Origin: Nitratidesulfovibrio vulgaris str. Hildenborough
Lineage (GTDB): Bacteria > Desulfobacterota > Desulfovibrionia > Desulfovibrionales > Desulfovibrionaceae
Assembly (NCBI RefSeq): GCF_000195755.1
Contig: NC_002937.3
Coordinates: forward strand, 2,700,001-2,732,000
DNA length: 32,000 bases
Reading direction: 5' to 3'
The notes beneath the pieces are model-generated. The model was not told the origin of the DNA. It searched no databases and saw nothing but the letters and a program-made list of their open reading frames with translations. Made by a program: the position numbers and the translations under genes. Positions 28,550-32,000 of the stretch are shown here, piece by piece. Position 1 is the stretch's first letter; every line of letters starts with the position of its first letter.

Positions 28550-29308
28550 TCATGACGTCGTCATGGTGCGGAACGCATCGCGCGTCAGGACCGTGAGCAC
28601 CACATCGACCACACGTCCGGCCTCGCCCCCGCCCGGAGTGCCGGGGGCGAGGCGCGTGCCAGCCGGCACGACACCAAGACGAGAGAAACCGAGGTCTGCC
28701 GCAAGACGCAGGGCATGGCGATACGGGGCAGGTGTGACGCCCAGCAACGTATCGAGCGGGGCATCCGCACACTGCGGCGCGAGAAGGAACGTCAGCGCCA
28801 TGGCCCCGGCGGCGCGTGCGGCGGACATCCCGTTCCGGAAGAAACAGAAGTGGACCTGCGCCGCCCTGCCGCTGAACCCGTTGCACCAGAAGAAGCCCTG
28901 CGGCACTGCGTGTGCGTCGACACGATAGAGCCATGCCCTTTCAGGCGCCAGCAGACGCGCAAAGGCGCCAAAGTCGGTGACGCCCCCATCGTGGAAGACG
29001 ACCCGCACGAGGTCGTCCTCCACCAGACGCGTCCACAGCCCTTGCAACCCGTCGATGCCGAAGTCGTCGGTGCCTGCCGTACCGGTCCCGCCGTCATCCT
29101 GCCTTCCGGGCAGCCGCACGATGCGCCCGTCCTCTCCGGGGGGCCGTCCGCCACGATCTTTGCGGCCAGCTGGCTGTTCGCCGCCCCCGTCGCCTGCGGT
29201 GCCTGCGGCGTCCGGCATATAGCGCACAAGCCGAAGTCCCGTACCGACCGCGGCCCTTTCACCCCCGCGTTCCGCCCCTGCAACGCCGCAACTGCCGTTC
29301 TCAACCAT
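28550..29308 (-). CDS. Phage-cluster hypothetical protein: Gly/Asp/Arg-rich N-terminus, possible acetyltransferase-like C-terminal fold
   Basis: 252 aa from ATG 29308, overlapping the terminase stop by 8 nt. The C-terminal pattern ...LLGVTPAPYRHALRLAADLGFSRLGVVP... is GNAT-like by eye only. Confidence 0.45.
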   Translation of the reverse strand: MVENGSCGVAGAERGGERAAVGTGLRLVRYMPDAAGTAGDGGGEQPAGRKDRGGRPPGEDGRIVRLPGRQDDGGTGTAGTDDFGIDGLQGLWTRLVEDDLVRVVFHDGGVTDFGAFARLLAPERAWLYRVDAHAVPQGFFWCNGFSGRAAQVHFCFFRNGMSAARAAGAMALTFLLAPQCADAPLDTLLGVTPAPYRHALRLAADLGFSRLGVVPAGTRLAPGTPGGGEAGRVVDVVLTVLTRDAFRTMTTS

Positions 29309-30860
29309 AGAGCGGATACTCCATATTGCCGATGGCAGCAGGTTCTGCCGCATCCCACACAGGAAAGGCACACCCTAGGGCGGGGTCGGTGATGCGCGCG
29401 AGGCAATCGAGCATGTCGTCATGCCGCGCCACCGGAAACGCCATGAACTCGTCGTCGACGAACTCCCTGACAAGGTCGCGCACCCGCCCTTCTGCATCGA
29501 CGAAGGGACAGACGTCCGGAAGGTAGAGACGCCCCTGTTCGAACAGGGGGACGAGTCGCCGTATCCTGTCGTTCTTGGGCATGGCACCCCCAAGCGGCAC
29601 GATGTCGAAGCGATGGTTGCAGCGGGCCTGTTCCGTGCGGATATGCTCGATATCGGCCTGCATGCCGTAGCGTTCATAGCCCACCTTCAGCGGCCTGTAC
29701 TGCCGGTGGAGACGTAACAGGGCGGCGGCCCTGCCCGTGAGGTTGAGCCTGTCCCGCAGTCCGTCGACAAGGTAGTGGTTGCCGTCGGCCCCGAGTCCCA
29801 CCACGAGCATCACCGTATAGTCGCTATCCCTCTTGCGCTCTCCTGCCGGGTCGACCAGCAGATACAGGTTCATGTTCGAGGTGCCTGACACTTCTCCCGG
29901 CAGCGATGAGGCCCCGGAGGAGGACAGGGACGGGGGGCGGCGCCAGTAGCGAAGCCACGACGACCGGAACCCCTGTGTGGCATCTGCCACCGGGTTCAAT
30001 AGCATCTGGCAGCCGAAGACATAGGGCCCCATGGCACGCCTTTTTTCGGCGAGGGCGTCGGGCGAGAGCAGAAGCGGCCTGCCCTCCGCCGTACCGTCTT
30101 CCGTGGCGGGATGCACGCGTGGTACGGCCGCCTCGCGCTCCAGAATGGCGCGATAGGTGTCGTTGAAATGGTAGCGGGTGCCGATGATACGGCGTCTGCC
30201 GCCCCGCGCTCCGAGGTTGAGCGAAAGGGCCCAGCATTCCGTCACCTTGGCGATCATCTCGGGCGAAGAGACCGACTCGCGGGTGACAACGTCATCATAG
30301 ACCAGCAGGCTGAAGTGCTTCCCGGTGGGCTGACCGTCCACCAGTCCCCACGCCTCCACGGTGGCCTCCTTGGGGTTGGCGCGCCGCCGCACCACGATGC
30401 CCTTGTCCAGAGACCAGACCGGAGCCTGCGTCCGGGGCGAGTCCCACAGCACATCGGGATAGCAGCGACGCAGCCATACGTTGCGCTCGAACTCGAGCTT
30501 GATCTGATTGAGGAAGTCCTTCGCCACAGGGCGGCTGTGGGAGAAGATGCCCACCGTCACTTCCGGGTCCAGAAGGATGTCACGGATGGTCTGACCGAAC
30601 GTGATGATGGTGGACTTGTAGTGCTCGCGGGCCCACAGGTCCAGACGACCGTCCGGGGCCGCCTGCACTTCGGCACAACGCTCGAAGGCCCAGTCGTTAT
30701 CCATGTCGTCACGCCCGAGAAGGCGTGTCAGCAAGAAGAACAGGTCGCGCCGCCCAAGTTCGGCCATGACGCCGGCAAGCCCCTGTTCACCCTGCGCCCT
30801 TCCCTCGGCCATGAGGTCGTCGTACATCTCCCGTGCACGACGACGCGCCTTTTCCGGCAT
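29301..30860 (-). CDS. Phage terminase large subunit
   Basis: 519 aa from ATG 30860, with AAGGAG RBS. Walker A-like AREHYKST and Walker B-like FSLLVYDDV. The RNaseH-like nuclease half begins LYLLVDPAGERKRDSDYTVMLVVG. The 258-nt N-terminal extension on the ORF track lacks an RBS and looks non-coding. Confidence 0.85.
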   Translation of the reverse strand: MPEKARRRAREMYDDLMAEGRAQGEQGLAGVMAELGRRDLFFLLTRLLGRDDMDNDWAFERCAEVQAAPDGRLDLWAREHYKSTIITFGQTIRDILLDPEVTVGIFSHSRPVAKDFLNQIKLEFERNVWLRRCYPDVLWDSPRTQAPVWSLDKGIVVRRRANPKEATVEAWGLVDGQPTGKHFSLLVYDDVVTRESVSSPEMIAKVTECWALSLNLGARGGRRRIIGTRYHFNDTYRAILEREAAVPRVHPATEDGTAEGRPLLLSPDALAEKRRAMGPYVFGCQMLLNPVADATQGFRSSWLRYWRRPPSLSSSGASSLPGEVSGTSNMNLYLLVDPAGERKRDSDYTVMLVVGLGADGNHYLVDGLRDRLNLTGRAAALLRLHRQYRPLKVGYERYGMQADIEHIRTEQARCNHRFDIVPLGGAMPKNDRIRRLVPLFEQGRLYLPDVCPFVDAEGRVRDLVREFVDDEFMAFPVARHDDMLDCLARITDPALGCAFPVWDAAEPAAIGNMEYPLYG

Positions 30861-31377
30861 GTCATCTCCTTCAACGCCGTAACAGCGGCGACCATGCGCG
30901 GTGGCACTGCGAGGCCTTCGCCCCGCATGAACCGACCGTGCGTCCGACGTGGTGCTACCCCGGGTGATCATGAACAGAAGGTGAAAGGATGACCGGAAGT
31001 GTATGGGAGAGGTATCCCGCCACGATGGAACGGGGGTGGACAGCAACAGGGCAAGGGCCCCGCGCCGGGACACATGACCGACATCACCGGGCACGCAGGC
31101 CCCGAAGACGAATCGCACGAGGACCTGCCGCCAATGGGCCTGACGAGGATGAGCCTATCTGACGCCGGGGCATGCGACCTGAAACGCGAGGGCCCCGGAC
31201 GCACCCCGCCGGAGATGGATGGCGGCCCCTTCCCATCTACCGGCGAGACCTCACGTATTTCCCCCGCGCACGTCTTGTAAGACGCCCCGACCTTTGCTAT
31301 CTGTCTTGAAACTTTCTAGAGCCGCTCTCGCAGCAAGGCACCGGGTGCCTCGCGTAACGCGGTGAATCCCCCCCGCC

Positions 31378-31785
31378 ATGGAGGAGTACATGTTCATGAT
31401 CCAGAACTGGCGTATGTTGCGCCACATCGCTATGGTCATGGTGGCCGTCATGGGCCTGCTCAGCTTCGTACCCCGCGTGGAGGCCGCGTTCGTGCCCAAC
31501 GCCGGGATGATGGCCGAACAGCGCACCGCCGACGTCGACACCATCCAGAAGGCACTCGAGAACAAGATGGTGGCCGAACGCCTGCAGGCCCTCGGCTACA
31601 GTGCCGATGAAGTCAACCAGCGCCTTGCCATGCTCTCCGACGACGAAGTCCACAGCGTCGCCAAGCAGATAGACGCCCTCAATCCCGGCGGCGACGGCGT
31701 GGGTATCGTCATCGCCATCCTCGTCGTGGTTCTTCTGGTCGTGCTCATCCTGCACTTCTCCGACCGCCGCGTGGTCATCCAGTAA
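31378..31785 (+). CDS. PA2779-family secreted/membrane-anchored protein
   Basis: 135 aa. Alternative starts at 31390 and 31396 lie closer to GGAGGAG. Signal peptide, then DTIQKALENKMVAERLQALGYSADEVNQRLAMLSDDEV and a C-terminal TM helix, as in PA2779-family proteins. It is followed by a PA2778-type peptidase gene. Confidence 0.65.
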   Translation: MEEYMFMIQNWRMLRHIAMVMVAVMGLLSFVPRVEAAFVPNAGMMAEQRTADVDTIQKALENKMVAERLQALGYSADEVNQRLAMLSDDEVHSVAKQIDALNPGGDGVGIVIAILVVVLLVVLILHFSDRRVVIQ

Positions 31786-31795
31786 GAGTCTCCTC

Positions 31796-31823
31796 CCCTC
31801 TGCGGGCCCCGGCCCGCAGAGGG
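31796..31823 (+). terminator. Strong hairpin between the PA2779- and PA2778-family genes (attenuator or terminator candidate)
   Basis: CCCTCTGCGGGCC / GGCCCGCAGAGGG: perfect 13-bp arms followed by TGCTTTG. It lies 11 nt after the upstream stop and 9 nt before the next ATG. Confidence 0.45.
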
Positions 31824-31831
31824 TGCTTTGC

Positions 31832-32000
31832 ATGACGACACACACTCTCCACGGCCTCCGGGCCCTCATATCCGGCCTTCTCTGCTGCCTTCTGGCCACG
31901 GGTTGCATGCCCGGGCCAAGACTGCCCGCGCCCGACTTGCATCGCCCTGCGACGTCACACCTCATCGAGGGGCTCCCCTTCCATCCGCAAGAGACCTACC
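31832..32000 (+). CDS. PA2778-family cysteine peptidase lipoprotein, N-terminal fragment (runs off the window)
   Basis: The frame is open from ATG 31832 to the window end. Lipobox LLATGC. EGLPFHPQETY matches the start of the conserved PFxPQ..YxCGP region of this family. Confidence 0.6.
   Translation, partial: MTTHTLHGLRALISGLLCCLLATGCMPGPRLPAPDLHRPATSHLIEGLPFHPQETY

Larger units (their letters stand above)
14953..30860 (-). mobile_element. T7-like (podovirus-type) virion and packaging gene cluster: defective prophage or candidate gene transfer agent, interrupted by a pilZ-motAB operon
   Basis: Sixteen co-oriented minus-strand ORFs with overlapping or abutting start and stop codons, in T7 structural gene order, plus a large terminase. 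No integrase, repressor, replication or lysis genes, and no tRNA or obvious att repeats at the edges. Confidence 0.75.

Noticed and set aside
30861-31118. N-terminal extensions on the ORF track for the terminase (to 31118), gp11-like gene (to 21175), gp14-like gene (to 17992), gp6.7-like gene (to 25821), ettA (to 10831), the histidine kinase (to 12375) and the response regulator (to 12961).
   Set aside because: The extensions lack an RBS and have implausible Arg/Pro/Cys-rich composition. They often overlap the upstream gene. Internal ATGs with good Shine-Dalgarno sequences and conserved N-termini were preferred.

Overview
GC-rich (~65%) chromosomal window whose gene content suggests a Desulfovibrio-like sulfate reducer (inference only). 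Positions 1-14.9 kb hold ordinary signalling and housekeeping genes: a multidomain phosphorelay protein with a coupled receiver, a TetR regulator, a DUF1499 lipoprotein, corA, a Cache/HAMP chemoreceptor, ettA, a CusRS-like two-component pair and a DUF1858/hemerythrin/DUF438-PAS protein. A 222-bp tandem repeat between the chemoreceptor gene and ettA re-copies the ettA 3' end and its terminator. Positions 14.95-30.86 kb hold a minus-strand, tightly overlapping T7-like virion gene set: gp6.7-like, portal, scaffold, capsid, gp11-like, gp12-like, gp13-position ORF, gp14-like, tail fibre and a large terminase. It has no replication, regulation, integration or lysis genes, no small terminase, and no gp15/gp16 core genes. 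An opposite-strand pilZ-motA-motB operon splits the cluster, and its gp12-like gene carries two 1-nt frameshifts, one at a G7 tract. I read the cluster as either a candidate podovirus-type gene transfer agent (GTA) or a domesticated or decaying prophage stump. The window ends with a PA2779/PA2778-family gene pair. All functional calls rest on by-eye motif recognition and gene order; no database search was possible.
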